From assembly GCA_044356295.1 (NCBI GenBank), contig JBIKWN010000006.1, positions 7,134 through 71,133 on the forward strand: 64,000 bases of DNA, given 5' to 3'. A model generated the notes under the pieces. That model made no database searches. It saw only the letters and a list, made by a program, of their open reading frames with translations, and was not told the origin of the DNA. A program made the translations under genes and the position numbers. Origin of the DNA: Bdellovibrionota bacterium. Lineage in GTDB: Bacteria; Bdellovibrionota_C; UBA2361; JBIKWN01. Of this stretch, positions 27,966-37,858 are shown one piece after another; position 1 is the first letter of the stretch, and each line of letters begins with the position of its first letter.

Positions 27966-29183
27966 ATGCCTCTTCGCATCCTAAAAATAACAATTCTTTT
28001 CATTGTATCTGCTTTAATTCTAGCTTTTGCAAATACTAATAGTACACCTGCGTCTATTTCGATTGGGGCTGGTAATACACTTTCTGCCTCTGTAGGAATT
28101 TTGGTGTTAAGTGCTTTTGCTTTTGGAGTTTTATTGGCACTGATTGGTGCCTCACTTTATGCAGCAAGAAGTTATTTTAGAGAGCGTTCAATGAAGAGTA
28201 CGCTCGCTAAAAAAGAGCTACTTCAAAAAGAGCTGATACAAGCCCAGCAATTACAACGTTCTACAAGCTCACTTCATGTTCAAAAAAAATATCGCCAGCT
28301 TATTCAAAAAAACTCTGACTCATTACTCCTTCGAATCGAATTTATCCGTGCATTGATTGCTGCTAATGACTTCTCATTAGCACTCAATGAAATTACTGCT
28401 GCTAAAAAAATTGAAGAAGCTGAAGAGCTGTTTTTTCTTGCTGCATGTTGTTATGAAAAACTAGGCAATAAGGTAGCAGAACTTGAGTCCTTGGTGATGT
28501 CTCTTTCACACTTTCCTCAATCGATTGCTACTCTCGAAAAAGCATCGCTATTAAGTTTTGAACTTGGAAGGTTTGATGATTGTCTTGTTTACCTTGATTC
28601 TTTAGCTGATCTTCAAAAGCCTTCAATACAACACCAAAGATTATCGATAGATGCCCAAGCATCAATAATTATTCGTGATACTACTGATGAAACATCTCGC
28701 GCTGAGAAACTATTAACACTCGTCATGCGACATGATAATTCAGCAGTTGCTTTAAAAGAGCTTGCTCGAATCAAACAGAAAGAGGGGCAATTTGATGAAA
28801 GCGCACAATGTTTGGTTCGTCTATTTCGGATAACTCACGAAATAGCACATATGAAAAATGCCATTTCACTTTGGTTGAAAAATGGAAAAAGCCAAGAAGC
28901 ACTATCGGCTCTTCATACGTGGCAACGAATGAGTGAAGTTTCACAGAAATCCTTAGTGAGTATTGAAATTGCAAAAGCACATATGCTGCTTGGTCAAGAC
29001 CATGAAGCTTTTGATGTCCTAGATGATCTTGATAAAAGTGGTTCTCTTCCTGAATTACAGAAAAAAGAAGTTGCCATTTTGCGTGCTCTTTTAGCACTCA
29101 GGAGGCGTGATTCTACTGGGACGGCCCTGGCTATTACAGAGATTGAAAAGATTAGTTTACGTGCTGGGAATGAGAAATTCTAA
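27966..29183 (+). CDS. Membrane-anchored TPR-like repeat protein
   Basis: N-terminal TM segments followed by helical repeats with TPR-like periodicity. Confidence 0.55.
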   Translation: MPLRILKITILFIVSALILAFANTNSTPASISIGAGNTLSASVGILVLSAFAFGVLLALIGASLYAARSYFRERSMKSTLAKKELLQKELIQAQQLQRSTSSLHVQKKYRQLIQKNSDSLLLRIEFIRALIAANDFSLALNEITAAKKIEEAEELFFLAACCYEKLGNKVAELESLVMSLSHFPQSIATLEKASLLSFELGRFDDCLVYLDSLADLQKPSIQHQRLSIDAQASIIIRDTTDETSRAEKLLTLVMRHDNSAVALKELARIKQKEGQFDESAQCLVRLFRITHEIAHMKNAISLWLKNGKSQEALSALHTWQRMSEVSQKSLVSIEIAKAHMLLGQDHEAFDVLDDLDKSGSLPELQKKEVAILRALLALRRRDSTGTALAITEIEKISLRAGNEKF

Positions 29184-29199
29184 AGCTTTAAAAATGCTA

Positions 29200-29541
29200 C
29201 TAAATCTTTTTTATAAACTCAGATTTTAATTTCATTGGTCCAATCCCATCGATTTTGCAGTCGATATCGTGATCTTCATCGATAAGTCTGATGTTTCGAA
29301 CTTTCGTTCCTACTTTTACGACCGACGAAGAACCTTTGATTTTTAAATCTTTTATAACGGTGACAGTGTCTCCATCTTGTAGCAGATTGCCATTAGCATC
29401 TTTATAGGTTTTTACTTGATCCTCGTGGGGTTTAGTTTCGACTTCTACCCATTCATGTGCACACTCTGGGCATACAAACATTAACCCATCAAGGTAGGTA
29501 TATTCTGAATTACATTTTGGGCAGTGTGGGAGCGTGGTCAT
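29200..29541 (-). CDS. phnA: PhnA-like zinc-ribbon protein
   Basis: [28 protein letters not shown] and C-terminal [18 protein letters not shown] match the PhnA/YjdC family. Confidence 0.8.
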   Translation of the reverse strand: MTTLPHCPKCNSEYTYLDGLMFVCPECAHEWVEVETKPHEDQVKTYKDANGNLLQDGDTVTVIKDLKIKGSSSVVKVGTKVRNIRLIDEDHDIDCKIDGIGPMKLKSEFIKKI

Positions 29542-30405
29542 TTACTTACTCTTATCATCAAAGAATTTTTTTTCACTGTCATCGACCCACTTCAAAATAA
29601 TCGGCTTATACTGTTCACTAATATCGGGAAAATCGTTGTGATCAATGTTTTGTAATTCTTTAAAGTGTTTTGGTTCAGATGCGGTTTGAAATACTTTTTC
29701 CCCTTCAGTAAATGGGATGATTGTATCCTTCCTAGAATGCATCAAGAGAAGCGGAGTCCTATTCAAACGATGCTGAACAAAATAGCCTGTTGGAAACTGA
29801 TCAAACATGAGTGATGGGAATACTGGAGCCCATGGATACTTATATCCTGCCATAGAAGGGATAGAGTAGAATGGCGCTTCCAAAATTAAACCATTCAATG
29901 GTCGTTGCAATGAAAGCCCAGCGCAAACTGAAGCCCCTAAAGAATGACCCCAAGCATAAATTTTTTGATTAGGGCGTTTCTGTTTTAATAGATCATAGGC
30001 TGCAACTGCATCGCCTATTACATTGAGTTCAGCAAGCTCACCTTGATCGCTACTGCCGTAGCTTCTATAAGTAAAAAAAAGTGTTTCAAACCCATAATTG
30101 TTAAAGATTTTTGTAACATTTGCTAAGCTAGATAAACTGCCGGCATTTCCATGGCAGTAAACCAATGAACGCTTTTCTTGTGTGGTTTGGTAGTCTGTTT
30201 TAGGAATAAACCATCCATGAAGGCTAACCTTATCAAATGAAGGAAAAGATAAGTCTTCATAAGTTAAAGAAAAATCTTTGGGTGTTAGAGTACCCTCTCC
30301 TACGGGACGAAAAATCAATGATTTTTGTCCTGCATAGATATATACGACTAAGGCAAAATAGATCGATAATACAGAAACTAATATTCGTTTTAACCAACGT
30401 AGCAC
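29542..30405 (-). CDS. Alpha/beta-fold hydrolase with an N-terminal membrane anchor
   Basis: GHSLGASV is the GxSxG nucleophile elbow. The track ORF extends to 30519, which would overlap the gpmI start. The likely start is the GTG at 30405 (MLRWLKRILVSV...). The start is uncertain. Confidence 0.65.
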   Translation of the reverse strand: MLRWLKRILVSVLSIYFALVVYIYAGQKSLIFRPVGEGTLTPKDFSLTYEDLSFPSFDKVSLHGWFIPKTDYQTTQEKRSLVYCHGNAGSLSSLANVTKIFNNYGFETLFFTYRSYGSSDQGELAELNVIGDAVAAYDLLKQKRPNQKIYAWGHSLGASVCAGLSLQRPLNGLILEAPFYSIPSMAGYKYPWAPVFPSLMFDQFPTGYFVQHRLNRTPLLLMHSRKDTIIPFTEGEKVFQTASEPKHFKELQNIDHNDFPDISEQYKPIILKWVDDSEKKFFDDKSK

Positions 30406-30415
30406 AGATATCCCT

Positions 30416-31939
30416 ATGAAAAAAATTCCAGCTATTCTTTGTATCCTTGATGGACTAGGAATAAATCCAGATCGAGAAGCAAATGCTGTACTGCAAGCCT
30501 CTATACCAAACTTTAACATGCTTTGGAAAAATTATCCTCACCAGCAGCTTATTACTCATGGTGAGCGGGTTGGATTACCAGCAGGTCAAATGGGAAATTC
30601 CGAAGTTGGTCACTTAAATATTGGGGCTGGCAGAGTAGTAGAACAGTGGCTCACTCGGATCTCAAGAATGCTTTCTGATGACGAAGTATCAAAACTTACA
30701 CCGTATAAAGATTTTATTTCTCATAATAAGAACAAAACTGTTCATATCATAGGACTCATCAGTAATGGTGGAGTCCATTCTCATATTGAACATATCATTT
30801 TAATGATTCAGCAATTAAGAAAAGATTTTTCTGGGAAAATTGTTATTCATGCCATTACTGATGGAAGGGATACGCCTCCTCAAAGTGGGCTTCAATTTGT
30901 TAAAACTCTGGAAAAGGAGATTAGCAAACATGCAAATGTATTTCTTGGGTCTGTGATTGGACGCCTGTTTGCAATGGACCGGGATACAAGATGGGAACGC
31001 ACTCAGAAAAGCTATGATCTAATGACAAAAGGTGTTGGCTCTTCATACACATCAGCCACTGAAGGTATTGAGGCAAACTATAAGTTAGGTATTAATGATG
31101 AATTTATAGAGCCTATAACTCTTTCGAATAATTATCTTACCGCTGATGATGCAGTAATTTTTTGCAACTTTCGCGAAGATCGAATGAGACAGATAGTTCG
31201 GGCTCTTACTCAAAGCTCATTTAAAGAGTTTGAAAGAACTGTCAGCATACCGAAAGAACAAGTTCTTTGTTTTACTGAATATGACGCTCAGTATCAGCTA
31301 CCAGTTCTTTTTATTCCTCAGTCTTTATCTCATCATCTGGGCGAAACGGTCAGTCGTGCCGGACGAACACAGATAAGGATTGCTGAAACTGAAAAATATC
31401 CTCACGTAACATTCTTTATGAATGGTAAAATCGAAGAGCCTTATCCTGGCGAGGAGAGAGTTCTTATCCCCTCACCTCGAGACGTCAAAACCTATAATTT
31501 AAAACCCGAAATGAGTGCTGCAGGTGTTGCAAAAGCAACAGTTGATGCAATAGAAAGCCTAAAGTTCGATCTCATTGTCGTTAATTTTGCTAACTGCGAT
31601 ATGGTTGGACACTGTGGTGATTTACATGCTGCAATTACTGCTGTTGAGGTCGTCGATACTGCTCTTGGGCAAATCGTTGCTGCGTCTAAAAAAGTTGGTG
31701 CAGATCTGCTTGTTATTGCTGACCATGGAAACGCAGAATTAATGATGGACTATCAAACCAAGCAGCCACATACAGCACACACTACTTTTGCTGTCCCAGT
31801 GATACTTGCCCAGTTTGGAAGTAATGTTATTCACAAACCGCTTCGCGATAATGGGAGTCTGTGTGATGTTGCTCCGACGTTACTTGGGCTTTTAGGAATT
31901 GATCTTCCGTCTGAGATGACTGGTAAAAGTTTAATATAA
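30416..31939 (+). CDS. gpmI: 2,3-bisphosphoglycerate-independent phosphoglycerate mutase
   Basis: ILCILDGLGIN. Metal-site motifs (GNSEVGHLNIGAGR, ITDGRDT, ADHGN). Confidence 0.95.
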   Translation: MKKIPAILCILDGLGINPDREANAVLQASIPNFNMLWKNYPHQQLITHGERVGLPAGQMGNSEVGHLNIGAGRVVEQWLTRISRMLSDDEVSKLTPYKDFISHNKNKTVHIIGLISNGGVHSHIEHIILMIQQLRKDFSGKIVIHAITDGRDTPPQSGLQFVKTLEKEISKHANVFLGSVIGRLFAMDRDTRWERTQKSYDLMTKGVGSSYTSATEGIEANYKLGINDEFIEPITLSNNYLTADDAVIFCNFREDRMRQIVRALTQSSFKEFERTVSIPKEQVLCFTEYDAQYQLPVLFIPQSLSHHLGETVSRAGRTQIRIAETEKYPHVTFFMNGKIEEPYPGEERVLIPSPRDVKTYNLKPEMSAAGVAKATVDAIESLKFDLIVVNFANCDMVGHCGDLHAAITAVEVVDTALGQIVAASKKVGADLLVIADHGNAELMMDYQTKQPHTAHTTFAVPVILAQFGSNVIHKPLRDNGSLCDVAPTLLGLLGIDLPSEMTGKSLI

Positions 31940-31940
31940 A

Positions 31941-32101
31941 GGGGACGCTCACCTTTATAAGAAGCCACTACGGTTTGTTAGAAATTAATTGAAGATATTT
32001 TAAGTAACGCGAAGGTCGCGAAGTACGCGAAGGGTTAATTTTTTCCTTCGGGTACTTCGCGACCTTCGCGTTATTTAATTAAGTCATAAAAGTGAGCACC
32101 C
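31941..32101. terminator. Long nested hairpin between convergent genes; also a member of a repeat family
   Basis: Outer arms ggggacgctcac / gtgagcacccc. Inner perfect hairpin taacgcgaaggtcgcgaagtacgcgaagg ...ccttcgggtacttcgcgaccttcgcgtta. A partial second copy lies at 37811-37858. Confidence 0.55.
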
Positions 32102-32102
32102 C

Positions 32103-32750
32103 CTACCTTTGGACAAACCGGTAATAGAGGGTGTCAAACGAAAGTGGGATATCTTTGCTATGCATATAGATAATCAACTCGGTTGCAGTTGATGCCAACT
32201 CTATAATGTTAATACTTTGAATCGCGAGTTCTTGGAGAATTTCGAAAAGAAATCCAGGTGTTTCTATGTATGATTTGTCAAAGTGGATACTTATTGCACT
32301 TACTTCTTCTCGAAGTCTTGGGCGTTGAGGGTGCATCATCTGTTTAATGAGCTCTTTATACTGCGAAGGGAATACTACTGTAATTTCTCCGGTCCCTGAG
32401 GTAACTGTAATATGAGATTTCTTATGGTGAAGTTTATTGTACAGTTGGTTAACGATGCGGTGATTTTGATCTGTTTGTTCAAGGGTCAAGACAGCAAGTC
32501 CTGATACAATTGATAATCCAAGAGCTTCGTATGATCTTCTTTTTGGGGCTTTTTTATATCTAACTTCATGAGACACACGAGAAAGTCCCATTTTTAAAGC
32601 TGCAGTCGATACCTTTTTTTCTATCCTGGCAGAAACTGCTGGCGCTATAAAATCAGCCAGCGCGGTCAAATTGAACAAACCATGATAAAACCCATATTCG
32701 AGGGCTGGTGTACTCGAAAGAACCGTTTTTATAGTTTCAGTAATTTTCAT
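32103..32750 (-). CDS. Hypothetical protein, possibly with ACT-like regulatory folds
   Basis: 215 aa. No firm motif. The ACT assignment is a weak guess from repeated beta-alpha-beta-like segments. Confidence 0.4.
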   Translation of the reverse strand: MKITETIKTVLSSTPALEYGFYHGLFNLTALADFIAPAVSARIEKKVSTAALKMGLSRVSHEVRYKKAPKRRSYEALGLSIVSGLAVLTLEQTDQNHRIVNQLYNKLHHKKSHITVTSGTGEITVVFPSQYKELIKQMMHPQRPRLREEVSAISIHFDKSYIETPGFLFEILQELAIQSINIIELASTATELIIYMHSKDIPLSFDTLYYRFVQR

Positions 32751-32837
32751 ATGTTACATTTGTAACATATTTTGAGATTTTTTGATATTATTTTATGATT
32801 CCTTAATTCAGATTTCTTTATATGCTACATATACAGG

Positions 32838-33821
32838 ATGTCGTCCATTGCAGTTGATGTTCTAAGAACTCGTCACCCTCTGTCTCTCTCTAGCGCTACT
32901 CTTACAACGCCGCTGGAAATCGCTGGGGCAAAAGTCAGAAAACCAAATCTTTTTGAATTGAGTTCAATACTTGATGCATGTGAGCAGAATCCTGAAACTG
33001 AGATTGGAAACTCAATTAAAACAATTCAAGAACTTGTTCGTGCAACTAAAAATCAGGAACAGTCCCCATTAATTCTTAGGACTGCAGAATATCAGGGATC
33101 AAGAGCGCACATCATTGCTAGCCAACAAGGAATGAGAGGTATGATTCATCACCTCTTCTTTGAGTCTGCTGGAAATGAACATCAAGCTATTCTAGGGAAT
33201 CGTCTTGTGAATCAAGTAATAGCTGAGTTTCAGGAACGATCTATTTTTAGGGCTCATGTCTTAGTTTCCAAAGAACATGCTCACAATCATCCTTTATCAA
33301 TTCATGGATTTAAAGAAGTGCAAGGTGAACGGCTTCAAGAATTCCAAATGAAAGAGCGACCAATACAGCCCGAGCAACTTCATCAAAAAGGTTTTCAAAT
33401 TGAAGAAGTGCTTTGGCAAGATCAACAAGAGCTTTTTGAAAGATTTTCAGAGGTTCCTGAACTCGCGATAGCTCCTTGGGAACAAGATGCTGCACATCGA
33501 ATACTACACTCAAACTCCAACGGATACATTTGTTTTGCTGTTCGCGAACAATCTTCTGGTCGACTCGTTGGTGCTTATTTCGGGGGCTATGCAGGAAGCC
33601 GTGGTACTTGTAATCATATTGTTATCGAACCAGAATATCGACATCATAAACTTGCAAGTGATTTAGTCGCTCACGCCCTGCCAAAACTTTATGATCATGG
33701 AGTCCGAACTGTACATATCATGACAACAGCAGGTAACGACCCTGCATTTAAATTTTGGGAAAAACAAGGATTTATTCAAAGTAGTAAGGGGACGTTCCTG
33801 GAAGCAGATATTTCTTATTAG
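32838..33821 (+). CDS. Protein with a C-terminal GNAT-family N-acetyltransferase domain
   Basis: HIVIEPEYRHHKLASDLVAHAL...FWEKQGF is an acetyl-CoA-binding-type motif. Confidence 0.6.
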   Translation: MSSIAVDVLRTRHPLSLSSATLTTPLEIAGAKVRKPNLFELSSILDACEQNPETEIGNSIKTIQELVRATKNQEQSPLILRTAEYQGSRAHIIASQQGMRGMIHHLFFESAGNEHQAILGNRLVNQVIAEFQERSIFRAHVLVSKEHAHNHPLSIHGFKEVQGERLQEFQMKERPIQPEQLHQKGFQIEEVLWQDQQELFERFSEVPELAIAPWEQDAAHRILHSNSNGYICFAVREQSSGRLVGAYFGGYAGSRGTCNHIVIEPEYRHHKLASDLVAHALPKLYDHGVRTVHIMTTAGNDPAFKFWEKQGFIQSSKGTFLEADISY

Positions 33822-33838
33822 GGCATGGTACATAGTAT

Positions 33839-34513
33839 ATGAATAGTGTGATGTCATTTTTTCCATCCCAGCAAATTTATCCAATACTTGGAAAATCTCT
33901 TCCTTTTCAAACATGGGCAAAACTAGATCTCAGCATTGAAAATCCAATTATGTTAGAGCGTTCATTCCACGATACTGCTGGGTTTGAAAAAATAATCTTC
34001 GAAATGATGGAAGAGAAAAATGCAGTCGTTGGATGGGGTGGCTATTTAGAAAACCGTGGGTGGTACCAAAGAGCAGAGCACTTTGGAGCCTCAGATGATG
34101 CACGTACAATACATTTAGGAATCGATCTTTGGGCGACAGGATTAACACCTCTTTTTGCACCTATCGATGGAGTGGTTCATAGCGTCAAAGATAACGCCCT
34201 CTATGGAGATTACGGCCCAACCATTATTTTAGAGCATGAAGATCCCAATAATAACTCCAAGTTCTATACTTTATATGGACACCTCTCAAAAGATTCTATA
34301 GAAGATAAAAAAGTTGGCGATACTGTTAAACAAGGCACTCAGTTTGCAAAAATTGGCACGCCTCCTACTAATGGAGACTGGCCCCCTCATCTACACTTTC
34401 AAGTCATTAAAGATATGGAAGGTATGATGGGTGACTATCCAGGAGTATCAAGTAAGAGCAAACTTCAATGGTATTCAGAGAACTGCCCTGATCCGATATC
34501 ACTCCTTATATAA
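33839..34513 (+). CDS. M23-family (LytM-like) metallopeptidase
   Basis: HLGIDLWA fits HxGxD. GHLS...PHLHFQV fits HxH. Confidence 0.75.
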   Translation: MNSVMSFFPSQQIYPILGKSLPFQTWAKLDLSIENPIMLERSFHDTAGFEKIIFEMMEEKNAVVGWGGYLENRGWYQRAEHFGASDDARTIHLGIDLWATGLTPLFAPIDGVVHSVKDNALYGDYGPTIILEHEDPNNNSKFYTLYGHLSKDSIEDKKVGDTVKQGTQFAKIGTPPTNGDWPPHLHFQVIKDMEGMMGDYPGVSSKSKLQWYSENCPDPISLLI

Positions 34514-34574
34514 TTCCTGAGTTTTACTGATCATAGTCAGGAAACTTTTCAATATAAAACATCGAAAAGTTTCA

Positions 34575-35234
34575 GTGTTAGCGCGTTCACTCATATTCCC
34601 ATGCTCTTGTGTCCTTTGTGATGCCCCTCTTTCTTTTTATCACAACAAAGATGATCTATGCAGAAAATGTTACCAATTGTTAACAGAACAAGTCGGATTA
34701 TTTCAAAGTAATTCTGGTCATCACTATTTATTTCATCATCAAACATACGTAAAATCTTTGATTAAAAAAGCAAAATCAAAACCATCATTTCGCACATTTC
34801 AAACGCTGATTCGAATAGCTACACCACATATATTCGAAATTAAGAATAATAATTTCGATATAATTATTCCCATACCTTCAAAATTTACTTCTCTTTTGCA
34901 AAGACAGTTTGCTCCTGCTTTCGAATTTGCTACGGCTTGTTCTGATGCGCTTGGGATTCCAATCTCATACCGATCGCTGATTCTTAGAAAAAACATTAAA
35001 AAGCAATCACGCTTATCAAGAGCTAAAAGAATAAAAAATACAGAAGATGCATTTTTGGCAGCAGCTCATGTTAGTAGTAAGCATATTCTCCTTGTTGATG
35101 ATGTAGTAACTACAGGAGCGACTATGTACGCCGCTCAAACAGAGCTTATTAAAAAAGGGGCCCTCTCTGTTTCGACTATAAGTCTCTCTGCTTCGGTGCT
35201 ACACTCTCGAGACCATGAAAAATATCCTCGATGA
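34575..35234 (+). CDS. ComF/GntX-family phosphoribosyltransferase-fold protein
   Basis: N-terminal Cys pairs (CSCVLCD...CRKC). PRTase motif ILLVDDVVTTGATM. Confidence 0.7.
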   Translation: MLARSLIFPCSCVLCDAPLSFYHNKDDLCRKCYQLLTEQVGLFQSNSGHHYLFHHQTYVKSLIKKAKSKPSFRTFQTLIRIATPHIFEIKNNNFDIIIPIPSKFTSLLQRQFAPAFEFATACSDALGIPISYRSLILRKNIKKQSRLSRAKRIKNTEDAFLAAAHVSSKHILLVDDVVTTGATMYAAQTELIKKGALSVSTISLSASVLHSRDHEKYPR

Positions 35235-36030
35235 AAAAATATTTAATCCAAAGACTCCTGCTTTTGAGCGAATCTGCCTGATTGTAAAACGTCTTAGAGA
35301 TCCTCATGATGGTTGCCCCTGGGATAAGGAGCAAACTCATGAATCGCTGACCCCTTATGTCATAGAAGAAGCTTTCGAAGTCGTTGAAGCCATCACGCAA
35401 AATAAAAATGATTTAAAAAAAGAGCTTGGCGACCTACTCCTTCAAGTTCTCCTCCACAGCGAAATTGCAAGTGAAACATCTGCTTTCAATATTAACGATG
35501 TGTGTGAAGCAATCTCTACAAAACTTATTACAAGGCATCCTCACGTTTTTGGTGATATTGACGCAAAAACATCTGATGTTGTTTTAAAAAATTGGGAACA
35601 GATCAAACAAAAAGAGCTCAAATCCGGCGAATCAATCCTTGATGGAGTACCAACAAGAATGCCTGCTTTATTAAGAGCTCAACGTGTCTCTGAAAAAGCA
35701 GCACGTGTTGGATTTGAGTGGTCGACACTTGATGATATTAAAGCGAAAGTGTTCGAAGAGATTCAAGAATTCCTTGCCGAAGTAAATGAATCTGCCCCCA
35801 AAGAAAAAATTGAAGATGAATTTGGTGATATTTATTTTGCTCTGACACAAGTAGCACGTCGAATGCACCTTGATGCAGAGAGCCTGCTCCATGCTTCAAC
35901 TGATAAATTTACAAGACGTTTTAAAGAAGTTGAAAAACGTCTTACAAAACCGATAAAAGATATGACGCTAAATGAACTTGATATTATTTGGGAGCAAGTG
36001 AAAACAGAGGAACGTCAGGGTGCAGCCTGA
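35215..36030 (+). CDS. mazG: Nucleoside triphosphate pyrophosphohydrolase MazG
   Basis: Tandem MazG domains (DPHDGCPWDKEQTHESL, EEAFEVVEAI, EFGDIYFAL). Confidence 0.85.
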   Translation: MKNILDEKIFNPKTPAFERICLIVKRLRDPHDGCPWDKEQTHESLTPYVIEEAFEVVEAITQNKNDLKKELGDLLLQVLLHSEIASETSAFNINDVCEAISTKLITRHPHVFGDIDAKTSDVVLKNWEQIKQKELKSGESILDGVPTRMPALLRAQRVSEKAARVGFEWSTLDDIKAKVFEEIQEFLAEVNESAPKEKIEDEFGDIYFALTQVARRMHLDAESLLHASTDKFTRRFKEVEKRLTKPIKDMTLNELDIIWEQVKTEERQGAA

Positions 36031-37001
36031 TCTGAATTGACAGTTAACTCTAAAAAAATACCTCGGTGGTCACTTCCTTCAACGGGCAGTACTTCAGCTT
36101 GATTAACAAAAATATTTTTATTAACAAATGCTCTATCGATCATAGTTTGCAGGAACCAAATATCTTGATTCCATGTTGATTGAAAACCAAACCCCCAAAA
36201 GACATCTCGAACTCGTGCTGCTTTCATAAAAGACCGAGTAATTCTTCCCGCCGGTGCTGAATTAAAATCACCAGCAATGAGCCAAGGTTCATGAGAGTGT
36301 CTTGCTTCGGTCGCAACTCGACGTGACATATTTCTTGCCTGTTCCCATCGGTAAGCCGAGATTGGAGGAGGAAGATGGAAAATAACAATGTTAAGAGGAG
36401 TAGTTTTTTGTAAAGCATCCTGACCACCTAGTAAAATTCTTGCATGAATATAGCCAGGAACATCTGGTCCAAGGTCGGTTTTAGGCTCTCTTTCAAATGG
36501 AAATTTCGAAAAGAGCTCTAACCCCCAAACTGATTGATCAAAAACTGTGGCACGGTAGGGATACAGGTTGATGAGTGTTGTTTTTTCAACCCACCGCAGG
36601 TCTGATTCCGCAATTGCAATTACTTGAGGTTGTTTGGTCTTAATAATTTCTGTAAGCCACTCTGTACCATCATTTCTTAAATATTTATTGGCAAAAACAA
36701 ATGAAATTTTTGATAGCTCAGTACTAGCATTATTTTTAATCGAAGATTGATTATAGAGATAATAAGGAAGATAGATTTGTACCGATCGTGCCAACGGGAG
36801 CAACAGTATAATCGTGAGGGCTACTTTTCTAAAAGGATGACTATGAAAGGGAATACTTCGAAAATGAGTGATTGCAGCAAAAATACAATAAACAAAAATA
36901 TAATGATGAAAGCCAGCCAATGCTTCTTGAAAAAAGAACCACTGACGAAAACTTGTTAGATAGAAAATAGAATAAGGTAACCAGAAGAAAAGTAGTGTCA
37001 C
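36015..37001 (-). CDS. Membrane-anchored endonuclease/exonuclease/phosphatase (EEP) family protein
   Basis: N-terminal TM helices, then GDFNSAP and a C-terminal SDHRGIFLEL. Confidence 0.7.
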   Translation of the reverse strand: MTLLFFWLPYSIFYLTSFRQWFFFQEALAGFHHYIFVYCIFAAITHFRSIPFHSHPFRKVALTIILLLPLARSVQIYLPYYLYNQSSIKNNASTELSKISFVFANKYLRNDGTEWLTEIIKTKQPQVIAIAESDLRWVEKTTLINLYPYRATVFDQSVWGLELFSKFPFEREPKTDLGPDVPGYIHARILLGGQDALQKTTPLNIVIFHLPPPISAYRWEQARNMSRRVATEARHSHEPWLIAGDFNSAPAGRITRSFMKAARVRDVFWGFGFQSTWNQDIWFLQTMIDRAFVNKNIFVNQAEVLPVEGSDHRGIFLELTVNSDQAAP

Positions 37002-37007
37002 TTAACT

Positions 37008-37370
37008 TTATGCTTCGTTCCAATCAAGAACACCTTTTTTCCATACATAGAGGAGCCCTCCTCCAAGAACAACAATGAAAGAAAGCATTGCATAGAAACC
37101 AGACCATCCAAGTTCTTTTAAATTTACTGCCCATGGGTACATAAATATGACTTCGATATCGAAAAGGATAAAAAGCATGGCGACAAGATAAAATCGAACA
37201 TTGAACCTTTGATCTTTGACTGATCCAACAGATACCGAGCCACACTCGAAGGGTAGTTGTTTTGTTTTAGTTTTGTTCTTCGGTCCAAGAATCGAAGAAA
37301 GCGCAAGCATAGTGATTAAAAAGCCAGCGCAAACAACGGTAAGGGCTAATATTCCTGCATATCCATTCAT
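37008..37370 (-). CDS. nuoA: NADH-quinone oxidoreductase subunit A
   Basis: LPFECG...FYLVAMLFILFDIEVIFMYPWA is the NuoA/ND3 signature. No nuoB follows it. Confidence 0.85.
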   Translation of the reverse strand: MNGYAGILALTVVCAGFLITMLALSSILGPKNKTKTKQLPFECGSVSVGSVKDQRFNVRFYLVAMLFILFDIEVIFMYPWAVNLKELGWSGFYAMLSFIVVLGGGLLYVWKKGVLDWNEA

Positions 37371-37500
37371 AGACTCAACATATTACTCCCGTGCCCCCAT
37401 CACGAACAAGAGCTACAAATTAGAGGCACATGCCGATGAAAAGTTTTATATGCTAAGAAAATGACAATCGCTTAAACTTTCGCTAAAATCCCCCCTCAAT

Positions 37501-37574
37501 GCACTCGTAGCTCAGTTGGATAGAGCAACCGCCTTCTAAGCGGTGGGTCGGAGGTTCGAATCCTCCCGAGTGCG
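37501..37574 (+). tRNA. tRNA-Arg (anticodon TCT)
   Basis: Cloverleaf folded by hand. Acceptor gcactcg/cgagtgc. D-arm gctc-agttggata-gagc. Anticodon stem accgc/gcggt with loop cTTCTaa. T-arm ggagg-ttcgaat-cctcc. Discriminator g. Confidence 0.85.
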
Positions 37575-37790
37575 ATTTTTAGATTTTTTAGTGCTTTAGT
37601 TAGAGGGAGGATTCGAACCTCAAAACAACAAGGTCGAATCGTTCTAAGGTTGCGGTGCGTAGCAGCGCAGCCTCCCGAGTGCGATTTTTAGATTTTTTAG
37701 TGCTTTAGTTAGAGGGAGGATTCGAACCTCAACAACAAGGTCGAATCATTCTAGGGGTACGATGCGTGGCAACGCAGCCTACCAATGCCA
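37562..37790. repeat. Tandem ~109-bp duplication made of tRNA-Arg 3'-end fragments
   Basis: cctcccgagtgcgatttttagattttttagtgctttagttagagggaggattcgaacctc occurs at 37562-37620 and 37671-37729. Each unit carries a direct copy of the tRNA 3' 13 nt and an inverted copy of the T-arm. Confidence 0.55.
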
Positions 37791-37810
37791 CTACTGTCCG
37801 GCAGCGAATC

Positions 37811-37858
37811 ATTGAAGACATTTTTAGTAACGCGAAGGTCGCGAAGTACGCGAAGGGG
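37811..37858. repeat. Partial copy of the 32005-32073 hairpin repeat
   Basis: attgaagacatttttagtaacgcgaaggtcgcgaagtacgcgaaggg matches aattgaagatattttaagtaacgcgaaggtcgcgaagtacgcgaaggg at 31990-32034. Confidence 0.6.

Noticed and set aside
30405-30519. Upstream extension of the alpha/beta hydrolase ORF overlapping the divergent gpmI start
   Set aside because: Two divergent genes overlapping by about 100 bp at their 5' ends is implausible. A GTG start at 30405 is preferred, though it leaves only a 10-bp gap, so the start remains uncertain.
37590-37790. Possible minus-strand tRNA genes inside the tandem repeats after tRNA-Arg
   Set aside because: They contain a T-arm (gaggttcgaatcctcc), but I could not build acceptor, D and anticodon stems. 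Treated as tRNA-derived fragments, not genes.
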